64,000 bases of DNA from Oculina patagonica (taxonomy: Eukaryota). This document shows, in pieces, positions 33,991 through 44,952 of this stretch. A program made the position numbers and the translations under genes. The stretch lies in assembly GCF_052425735.1 (NCBI RefSeq), contig NC_135763.1, positions 4,712,001 through 4,776,000 on the forward strand, read 5' to 3'. How positions within the stretch are numbered: the stretch's first letter is position 1; each line of letters starts with the position of its first letter. The notes under the pieces were generated by a model. That model had not been told where the DNA came from, did no database searches, and worked only from the letters and a program-made list of their open reading frames with translations.

Positions 33991-36900
33991 ATGGTACTTC
34001 TCAGTGAGTTTCGACGACGGATGTGTGTAATGGGATTTTTACTGATTGTTTATTTTATGCCTTTGACAGGTAAGGTACAATATATTCTGAATATTGAGTC
34101 GAAGATTGACACCGCAAAGTACACCGTGTCGATCCAGCGTTTGGCGCGCCTCTTTTAGTCTAAAAATTCGCTTGCAATATTTTGACACTTTGGTGATTTA
34201 TGAGACGTTTTATGTTGCCTGCCATCATCAAAATTAGTTCATCAAGACCCCAGGGAAAAAGTATCACTGCAAAATGTTACACGTAAAATATTCCCGAAGC
34301 AATAAAGCGTCAAAAATAATGCTGCATAAATTGAGTTTATAACTGTTTCAGATCGAATGTAAAATTTGAAACAAAAACTGTTGACAGAATTGTAAAATAG
34401 CGCACAAAATGGGTATTAAATTCTGTTATGTATACCGATTTTGACTTATAATACAGGTGTTTGCCTGTTACTACTGTACACGTATATGCAAGTTGATTTT
34501 GCTTTATTAATTATTGCCTCGAGCTTAACAAAACGACTACAGAGCCACCTGTGTGATTTCATTTAAATCGCCCTTGTAGAAATCCGCGGATGTTCATAAA
34601 TTAAGTGCTCCAAAAAGTGAATATCAAAAATTGGAAGCGAATCATAATGTAAAATGAGTTCTGCAACTGTATGAAATCGAAACATGGTAAATGTAAATTT
34701 GTGTTCTTTCATGCTTAATATTTGTGCAGTAGATCTTTATAATGCATAACTGTACCGGTAGGTTAAATTAAAAAAAAAAAGGTTTTTTACGTTTATAAAT
34801 TGTGCTGTGCATTTTTCCCATCTCTTTAATTATAAATTTCCTATTTTTGCATGATGCCAGGATGTCTGCTTATATCAGCCTGAGGGCTAATGTTTGAAAG
34901 GTTTTTATACCAAAAAAATTTGAGAACCACAGAATTTTTCTTGCGCATCTCTGATTAAAATTGATAAAATATACACGTCTTTTTATCTAAAAAAAGTATT
35001 TATTTTAATTTAGTGAATTAGTGGCTTGTGTCTTCACAACACAAACATTCAAATATATATGTATCCCAGGGGGGTACTCCGGCTTGTAAATGACGAGGAT
35101 GATCGAAGGATTTTCTTGGGTTTGAAATTTTCGATTCCGGGATCTTTTTGGGTTGGAAAATTTGGCAAGTATTTTTTTGGGTGACTTGATTTAAATAAGG
35201 GATTTTTTTGGATATTAAAAACGAACTAAAGTGCCTTGGCGTATTTATGGTATGATGAATAAACAAACATGGGCGTTCAATTTTTTATGATTTTCTTTGT
35301 GTTATATTATTGCCCCTTCTGGTAATTTGACAAGGGAATTTTTTTTTTTTTTTTGGTCCAGGGATTTTTTTGGGTAGTGTCGGAAGACTTAGGGATTTTT
35401 TTGGGTCCTGAGTTTTGCCTTCATTCGATCATTCCCGTCATTTATAAGCCGGAGTACCCCTCCTGGGATATGTATGCACATTTCCTGGCATATCCAATCG
35501 AACGTTCGGTAATCCCCGGGGGGGGGGGGGGGGGGGTACTCCCTATAATGGCCTATACGGGGAGGCTCCGCCCGAAAGGGGTACCTTTTTCAGGCTTCAG
35601 GTATATAAAAGGGTAGGGATTTCACAAGTTTAGGTATATGAAAGGATATGTAAATCTGGCATTTAGGTGTTTAAAAGGGCCTTGAATTAAAATATTTAGA
35701 ACAGACGCACTTTATGACTGTATTATTTTAATTTATAAAGCGCAACATGAAAATGACAAGAAAACGTCCTGTTCTAAGTCTATGCCATGTCTTTTAGGTA
35801 TATGAAAGGGGTACCTTTTTTCAGTAAAATGTATACGAAAGGGGTACAATTACTGTGAAAATGGTATATAAAAGGGTAAGGGGTAAGAGCTTGGGGCGGA
35901 GCCTCCCCGTATAAAACTTGTTTGAGTACCCCCCCCCCCCCCCCCGCGGGCGGTAATCAAACCCAATCGAACACCAATCGTTTGATTGGGTTGGGTAATC
36001 AAACATAATCTAACTCACAATAAAATTTGGTCAATCAAACAAAATGAAATGATTGATTACTGAACAGTCGAGTAATCGAAACAAATCGAACGTTCGATCA
36101 CCGAATGGTTGACAATCGTAATTAAACGAACATTCATTTACCAAACTCTTGTTTGTTTATATTGTGGACCTTTCGTATGTTGCATCATCCCCCTGATTAA
36201 ACTTGCGTGATTTTCTTATCAACAGATTGATTTCAAACAAAATTTAATCAAATTTTATAGCTTGATTGTTTGATTGAACTCACAGCAATATAGATTTTAG
36301 ATTATGTTCGATTACATTGGGCCAATGGAACGACTGGTGTTCTATTGGGTTCAATTGATTTTTGGTTTGATTTTGATCAATTGGATTCAGTGTGTGTATG
36401 GTATTGTAACAAAAATATACAAGATCGTGATGTGGAAAAAATTAAGACAAGGTCCATGGAGTTTTCAGTGAAATGTGAACTCTGAAATTTAAAATCCAAC
36501 TAACGGTTGCGTTTTTCGCTGCCATCAATCATAATTATGGTGACAGCCAACGAACCATAAAAAACAAAAACAAACAAAATGGATCAAAATCTACCAATCA
36601 CAACTGACGGACATGACCTTTTGACCCAGTTGAAGTGAACATCTGTTTCCCGAGAGGTCTGCTAAGATGATTGAAGGCAGCAAAATGCGTAAGCTGTTGG
36701 TTGCGGATTAAATTTCAGAGTTCGTATTTCACTGAAAACCGCAATAATAAAAGGATAATAATTATTCATAGTGTTTTTTAATAACAAAAGTTTTTTTTTT
36801 AATTCATGACAGGGCTCAAAATAACGGCTGGTCAACGGACAATGTCTGGCCAAAATGACGATTTGTCCTGACAAAATTTTGGTTCGGTGGTCATTTTGAC

Positions 36901-38133
36901 CGGTCACGTACACGGCTTCCAAATAAATAACACACAAAAAAATTTATTCGCACTATTTCTTGAATTTTACAGTAAAATCCTAAAATATCATAGCAGCTCA
37001 CAGTCACAAATTTGTAGAATACAGATGAGACAGCCACGCTCTACGGATTTGTTAGCCGTTTGCTTAAATAAAACAGGAAACATCCACGTCTGTAAATACG
37101 CTAAACAGACAACGATGAACATCGCATCAATCAATGTCTGCTATTGACACGAGTATGCAATTACGGACGAATAAAATCTTTTCTTGGCGGTTATCCCCTA
37201 GCTTGAAATGGGATATTGGTATCGCATGATACAGGAAAGATATCTAAAAGTCGAGGACGTGAATCTGTTTTACTGGACACATGCAGTTGACATAAGGCTG
37301 TTGGCGTTTCCTTTCTTCCTACATACCGAGCAAAGGCAAAGTTATCTTACTTGTAGCATGGGCATATGTCCTATTACTATTTAGTGTTTGGTAGTAAAGA
37401 CCAGTAAAGTGCTTACAACCAAGATCGCCTCCAGTTGTTAAAGTTGTTAACTAATGTTAAACTATGCAGAGTAAAGAAGAAAAGAAATATAATAAAATAA
37501 CATAATAAAATGGCACTTAAGCTTATGAGGCGAAATTTTTGGCAGAATAGGCTATTGCTTCAAAGTAAATACTCAATATTTTGACCGGTCAAAAATGAGA
37601 CATGACCGAGCAAAAATTGATTTGGCCATTCAACATGACCGTTCAGTATCCAAAAATTATTTTGAGCCCTGCATGAAGTAGGTCCCTGTGCATTATGCTG
37701 CAAAAAACGGTTTTTTTTAAGGTCCCCAGCCCCGCTTTCCAAATTGAACATCTTATATTTTTTTATTAAAAGAAGAAATAACTGATTCTTTTCCTTCTTT
37801 CAGCTGCTCAAAAAAATGTTACCACAACTGTGCATACAGTACCTATTAAACCTATTGCAACTACACACCTCACACCCAGTAAAACCACCACAGCAGCACA
37901 GATATCTCCTACCAAAACAGCAACGCCAACTTCTAAATCAACAAACTACTCCGACACCAACACCAACAAAGGCTCCTGCTGTGCAAACCACGTCTGCGCC
38001 AACAGAGAGTGGCAGAAAGTTTGATGGAGCATCATTTGTCGGAGGAATAATTTTGGGTATTGTTATTACAGGGATCCTTCTTTTGATATTCAAGTGGTGG
38101 CAGAGCAAAAACAAGAGTTATCACAGTTTGTGA
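33991..38133 (+). CDS. CD164: CD164/porimin-family sialomucin (type I membrane protein), one apparent frameshift
   Basis: Exon 33991-34069 encodes a signal peptide-like segment. Exon 37804-38133 encodes a T/P-rich mucin stalk, RKFDGASFVGGIILG transmembrane entry and a C-terminal YHSL (CD164 ends FDAASFIGG...NYHTL). Removing one A at 37943-37945 joins the two frames. Orthology within the family is not proven. Confidence 0.75.
35065..35467. mobile_element. MITE family B, opposite orientation to 32775-33123
   Basis: TIR CCCAGGGGGGTACTCCGGCTT / AAGCCGGAGTACCCCTCCTGGG. TSD ATATGTAT at 35057-35064 and 35468-35475. Confidence 0.85.
35515..35950. mobile_element. MITE family A inserted into an ATCGAAC-family MITE
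   Basis: CCCG(G)nTACTC ... GAGTA(C)nGCGGG. TSD CGGTAATC at 35507-35514 and 35951-35958. Confidence 0.85.
36810..37671. mobile_element. Non-autonomous hAT5-type element
   Basis: Perfect 15-bp TIR CAGGGCTCAAAATAA / TTATTTTGAGCCCTG. Exact 5-bp duplication CATGA at 36805-36809 and 37672-37676. Confidence 0.8.
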
Positions 38134-39172
38134 ACCAAGACACGGAACTAGCTGCAATGAACTTTTGAATTAAAATTGTGTCATAAATGAATAGTAGCGG
38201 AAACGTTTTCACAATTTCGTCATATATTTTCTTTGGTAACTTTATATAGTATGTTGGTATGAAGGTGAACAACTTGTTTTTATATTTTCAGTGTTTTTCA
38301 GTGCCAGTAGTATAGGCTAAGTATATTATATTGTTCTTATATACCGATAATTTTTGTCACTGTGAATTATGGAGGTTTCATACCCAATAGAGTTTGCAAC
38401 ATCCAAGTTCGCACCCACCATTCGCTAACGTTGTCACTCTTTGCTCGTTAACACTATTTGCTTTTGGACATTTCAAAAAGTAATATAAAAATTTTATGCC
38501 TTTAAAGAATGAGAAATCTCGCTGTTTCACTCAGTAGTTTTTTGTCTAAGGTAGCAAACCAATCATTGAAATTTTGTTTTTTTTTTTTTTTTTTTTTTTT
38601 TTTCCCTTTCCCCTTGGGGGGGGGGTAGGTTGAACTTGGGAGCAAACTCGTTTGTTCTTAGGTCTGGAGCAAATGCGGTAAGTGTACTCTGAAAGGTGTG
38701 ATTAACTTGGATGCTGCGAACTCAGTTGGGTGTAAAACCTCCTGCTTCTCCATTTACTGTCATTATAAGTAGTTTTAAAAACCTTTGGGGGCTGGACTAC
38801 CGTATGAAAGAAATGGGAACTTATATGCTCGTCAAAAAAATATTGCATCTCATGCACAAGACCTCAGTTCTGCAAGTCTGCTTGCATTCTAATGTTACTG
38901 ATGTTTAACTTCTTCTGATCTTCATTTTTGGTGTGGTGTAGAGGTGTACTAGGTGCATTAGTCAATGGCAGTAGAACTTATATGTGTTTAAAAGATTAAC
39001 TGTCATAAATAAGTTTGCATGATAGTGGTAAAATTGTTTCTGTACAGTAAAACTGTGTTTGGTGTAGGCATTTTCTTACTAACTGTCAGTGATTGGATTA
39101 GGGCATCAGTTAAGCCCCATTAACATATAACTGGGAATCTTAATAAGTTTCTTTTTGTCCCAGTGCACTAAA

Positions 39173-39383
39173 TAGACCAATTCGGCTAACGTGTTTACAT
39201 CGTTGTTGCCACCCAATTCAGATCATGTGATGATTCCTTTGGGAGGTTACAATTGTTCTGTTCGTTCATACTCCCATGCGCTCAGTTACGTGTGACAAAT
39301 TGCACAATTGTAACCTCCCAAAGGAATCATCACATGGTCTGAATTGGGTGGCAATATGTGAACACGTTAGCCGAATTTGTCTA
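39173..39383. mobile_element. Fold-back MITE
   Basis: About 85-bp arms: TAGACCAATTCGGCTAACGTGTT... / ...AACACGTTAGCCGAATTTGTCTA. Confidence 0.75.
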
Positions 39384-40494
39384 ATGAAAACAAAAAAAGG
39401 CAAAGAAAAAAAAAGAGGGAATGGGGTGGCACAGGCACAGGGTTTCAATTGGGGGGGGGGAGGGGGCTAAAAATTCCATTATTTTCTTGGAACTCTTTAA
39501 GAACTAGCTTATGTGACAAATACTTTGGAAACTGGATTATTACTGTTTGCAGGTAAAACAAAATGATGTAATGAGGCAGGTATCGATATGCCATTCCTAC
39601 CCTTCTGTGTTGCTGTTTTAATAACACATGACCTCATATAATCTAAATTTCAACTGCAGATCATCACACCAAAGGTGGCAGTTGAACTTCAAGCAGGATT
39701 CCACCATAATATTTACCATGTTTCAAAATTTAATGCTCAGCAATAACTTAAAAGCTTTAAAAACTATGTAACCATATGATATTTTCAACTGTAATCTTTT
39801 GCACTGGTGACCACTGGTGGTAAATTCTTTTTTATTATTAAAAATAGGAAGCAGATATTATAAACAGAGAAGTTTGTAAAACATAAAAGTGATAAGCTTA
39901 AAATTAAACTTACAAAAATTTAATGTTAATACCAAGTGTAAAAAAATAAACTATTTTCTTGGTCAAGTTGTGCCAACAAGTTTTATTGTATATCTTACAG
40001 GTATGTGATTTGAAGGGTAGCAGATGATCATTATCAGGGCTGTCATGAAGTTTCTTAGCACCTATAACATTGAACATATCACCCGTAGCATTTCGCTCTG
40101 TATGCAAGTGAAACGTAACACCAATTAACATTTTCACCCATAACATTCAGTGAACTCAGCTGTAACAGGTGTTACAGGTTACGGCCCTTAATGACAGACC
40201 TGATTATGCCTTTTGCTATTTATGACCTTTACTTTAATGGAACGTTTGGTTGAATTTCACTGCAAATTGTGAAGACCAACCAACGTCTTTTAATCAGTCA
40301 TCATCAATAATTTTAAAACAAACATGTTCTTTGTGAAATATCATATACAGTAGCATGGAAATTGCAACACAACATTAAAATTGCAGTGTCGATCAAGTCT
40401 TGAATGGATCGCAGTCAACAGGTCACCAAATAATTTCTTTATTTCTTAATTTATGTTGCATTTGTATTGTACAAATAGTTCCCAGACTTCACGA

Positions 40495-42626
40495 TCACTT
40501 TCCTTTTTCTCTGAAGTAGTCAGCTACAATGGAAGAACAAAATAATAATTATTATTAGTGGTACAGTACTGAGTAATTTATTTTGAATAACAAAAACAAA
40601 AATCCTTTGAATACCCTCCCCCCCTCCCAACCTGTCAATGGTCCTACTGTTTTTAGAATGCATCAAACTGCCAAGTCTGTATATTTTTACAATAAAACTC
40701 CGTCATGAGCCTAGAGGACAATATTTTTTGTTAATCCTTTCTGTAAAAACAGCATGGCATTTGGTTGCAAATCTAATTTCTACAGTGGAGGATCTGGATC
40801 CGCTACTGTTCCAAACATTTTAAAAGTGCATGTAATTACGTTGTCTTTTTCACCATTAAATAAATGAAACTGACCCAATTTCTCAACGGCCTCCACGCAA
40901 ATACTTGGACTCATTTCTGGGGTGTATGTGGCCACCAACAATAGTGTAGCTGTTCGCACCAAAATAATTCCATTGTTTTCCTAAATATACAGAGAAAACA
41001 GATTGAATCGTAACACTGATTCCTTGATTCCAGGGCTTGAGACTAATGGTAGCCAACTACCTAAAGACTACTAAAATTTAGGTTTTGACTACCAGGTTTA
41101 GCATTCCTAATAGCCACTTTGAAACTGAGAACGATACTCTTTGTCACTTATACTAATGGGAACTCACTTCTACTGATGGTTCGGTTGGCTTGACTCTTTC
41201 AAAGCAAGTCACTTTTCTAACCTTACCATTATCACACATAAAAGTAAACTAAGATTTATTTAATATTGTTGTACGAACCTGTTCTAGGTATTTGGGAAGG
41301 TCCAAGCACAAAAAATAGTGAGCAAAAAACAAGGGGAGGGTGTCTTGCACTTTTTCACTGCCATTCTTTGCACAGTGACCTTCCTTGGTGAGGGTAAAAG
41401 TATCCACATTCATGCAATTTTTTGATTATATGATAGCATCATGAATTTTTAGCTGAACTTACATGCTTGGCATAAACAGAAAACCTGTCTGCCCTGACAC
41501 ATTCATAAACTGTGTCCTGGAACTTGAGTCCTTCCCGTCTGGCCTGTGAACTGTTTGTAAATGAATGAACCAAGGCATGTATATTGTCCAACGATGGCTG
41601 AAATTATGACACATCAAAACAATCACTGACAAATAAAATGAAGAGCGGTACATGAAATGCACTGAGACGTGATGGCCTAATGGTTAGTGGCTACGCAGAC
41701 TGACTCTAGATCAAGCTGTCTGGGTTCAGTGAGATAGGGTCGGGTTGGTGGGGGGGGTTTCCCCCCCCCCCCCCCCAGCCTGAGGCTGGGGTCATTGCGT
41801 TGTGTTCTTGGGCAAGACACTTTACTTTTATCAGGTGCCTCTCTCCACCCAGGTGTATAAATGGGCCCTGGCAAGCAAAAATACTGTCTTTGAGATGTCA
41901 TTACTGAGCATACTTTTATCACCTTAGTTACTAAGCAACATGATGTATTCCCACTGTTCAACACTGGTGTGAAATTTTTTTTAAGTTCCTCAAGTACAAA
42001 AATTGTGATACCCTGTTGATAAATTTCTGAGACTCCAAGACTGGCGAAGCTGCTTAGAATGTAATGGCATCTCTCCTGCTCACATCCCCCCCCCCCCCCT
42101 CACCCCCTCTTCCACCAACACCACCCACTGTATCTACCTCTATGCTGGCGGGAAATTACCCTCCTTTGCATTCATATTTTCCTTTTATGTGCATGCATAA
42201 AACTGCTTTACTCCACAGATAAGGCCAATTTATGATAATAATAAAAGAAAAGACTTTAATATGTAAGTCAACTTTCAGTTATTGAGAAATGAAAAATTCT
42301 GAATTTCCGAAATGTACATCAGAAACTTTGCACAAAATTATCAGGCTTACTTCAAGTCAGGAAAATGGCGCCGCTTACTCTTGCTTCAAGCGCGTGTCAT
42401 TTGCACTACAGAGTTGTCAAAACGGGATCAATTCAGAACGGAGACATAATAGAAATAAATCGTCTTTATATCTGACATATTTCCTTAGTAACTGGTGTGT
42501 TTGGCTTACCGAAAACCCAACTGTACTTGCGCGGAGAGAAGTGTCTTTTCGCCGAATGATGGCGCAGTGCTGGACGTGACCAGTTGCAATCAAAGAGTCG
42601 TGAAGAAGGCTTTGAAGTTGATTCAT
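40495..42626 (-). CDS. PFN4: Profilin-4-like, 128 aa, 4 exons
   Basis: Exons 42626-42510, 41597-41463, 40980-40875, 40523-40495 (387 nt, GT-AG, in phase). [18 protein letters not shown]..., [44 protein letters not shown] closely match recalled PFN4. Confidence 0.92.
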
Positions 42627-43013
42627 TCTTGGAATATTGTCAGAGTTACAGTATGAACACAGAAAATCCTGGTCCTTTCCACATTTTGAAAGGCGAAAAA
42701 CCGCCTCGCTTTCTACTGCACTCGCACAACTTTCGCTGCTCAGCAAGACTGGATAGCGCAAACAGTACTTGTAGGGGTAGAGTAGGGAAGAGCTAATATT
42801 GCACATCGTTGAAAAATCCTAAGGCAGAAAAGCAAGGAAAAAAAAACAAAGAAGCGCTTGACAATATTAGCATTTTTCTGGAATTTAAGTGACGAGTAAG
42901 AAGGTATATCCTTATTTGTTGTGTTTCAAATTAGTCAGTTTTGGGCAGGCCAGGTTATCAATTGCACTCACCCACCCCTGGGATGGCAGGAAGTTCATAA
43001 ACACAGCTGATAC

Positions 43014-43027
43014 GTTGCCAAGGGAAC
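43014..43027. promoter_or_regulatory. Candidate RFX X-box in the PFN4/FAM228B divergent promoter
   Basis: GTTGCC-AA-GGGAAC fits the relaxed X-box consensus and lies between ATGs about 550 bp apart. Confidence 0.55.
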
Positions 43028-43178
43028 AATTCATAATTTACACGTGAAGTCTTTCAAGTCAAGCCGCGATATTTGTGACTTTGCTGGTAACTCTGTTATT
43101 GATCGTTAGTCTGTGTGTGAAAGGAAGCTCTCATAAGGACAGAAAGTTATCCGGGCACAACAGCAAATTAACACGGCG

Positions 43179-44921
43179 ATGTCTCGGCCGAAGCGTCCCA
43201 CGAACGGCCGAATTTCTGTTCACACTTGCGAAATTGTGGACGAACTTTTGGACGACAATGATAAACATGAAATAGCGAAGGTGAGTTTACTTTCCGCTTT
43301 CCCTGAATATCTGGCTACAGTAGAAGTGGGCCTTGTTAAAACTGTGTGAACTACTGCTAGTTTTAATCTATGAGGTTGTTTTAATCGCAGGATCGTCACA
43401 GACGTGCGGCTTCGGCGTCCTCAATCGAGAGAACGAAGTCTTTAGGTGACCACTCGGAAGTGAGAGCTGCTAGTGCCAAGTCTGCTTGTCCTTCTGATCA
43501 CACGTTTAGAATACAGAGTTGGCTGAATGAAAAATCTGTCCGAAACATCCAGGTACTGAAGAAATGCTTTCGTTTATTGATCAAGGGAGTTTAACCGCTA
43601 TGACTTTTCGTTTGTATGCAGTTTATGCATGCAAAGTTCAGGGAGTATCCAACTTGGCAACATTATTTGACTTCTTGTTTCTAATATAAATATCATTGAA
43701 TACAGTCAATCGAAAGGATATTGACCGTTTAGAAAACTGCAGCTGTCGACCTTAGCGTTGCCTCCTTCGTAACAAAATTATGGGCTCCCCTGAACGTAAC
43801 GAAAGCCAAATTATAGAGGTTTTTTAGGTAAAATATACACTTCAAAAAGAATTTTCCGTATCCAATGAAACATTTAATTATTAACTGACATATAAAGCTC
43901 TTCTCAGCATGGACAAAAAGAAAACATTTATTTATCTCCTGCTGCCTTCAAAACATGCGACTTCATAACATAACAAGAACTTCCCAGCATCTGTTAATAA
44001 CAATGCCTTCTTTTGTTTCCATTCTATTCAGGAAAGGACCGACTTTGAGTCAAGGGCTACCAAAAATATGTACACAACGCTTCTGGATAATGAGAACACA
44101 TTCGTTAAAGTAAGCAATTAAATTTCTGTGTGCAAATTTTAGCTCATTTAGTTAATCCATCTATTTGTTTGGGGCCTATATCTGCGGTAGTATTTTGAGA
44201 TTGCAAAAAAGTCATTATCCCGAAAGTGTTAATTAGCATAGTTAATTAATTTATGAAAAGCCTCGGTCCCTAAAGATGACTATTAAGTTCTTTCTTCATA
44301 TAGATATAAACTAACGCCGTTTGTAAAAGTCAAGTAAAAGTGAAGAATTCAGAGTGAATTATAGTCTGTCTGTCACAGTGGAAATCATGTGAAGTGTCCT
44401 GATGTGTTTTACAACTTTTCATTTGATTGTCCAAACTATAAAGTTTCTTGTAAACAACATACAAAATGTGTAAGTTAAATGACTCTCTCATAATTTAGAG
44501 ATCACACCTCTAAGATAAGCAAATTTCTTAAATTAAAAACCATCCACTGAACTTTTATTTAAATGCTGTGATGGGTAATAAATTGGCGCAATATGCAGCT
44601 TGAAGGTACAACTGGTTGAATTATCACATCCCAACTGGTTAAATATTAATCTTTTCAGCCTTGGGTTTATTACCAATTTATCAACCCTGCTGTCATGTGT
44701 TACCCTCATGAAACAAAGTTGTTTGCTTTATTATGAGTTACTAGAAGATCAAAATTTCAAGTTGTTTTGGCTCAAGTTACGACTTTCCATTGTGTTGAAA
44801 GTTCACACAGCTCACCAAAATTCAGCATGGTTTCTGTTTGTTTATTTGTACGTCACAAATATGACACAAGGGGAACAGTTACTCCTTTTCTCTCGGTTCC
44901 CACCATCTTAAGAATCCCGCC

Positions 44922-44952
<31 letters not shown>

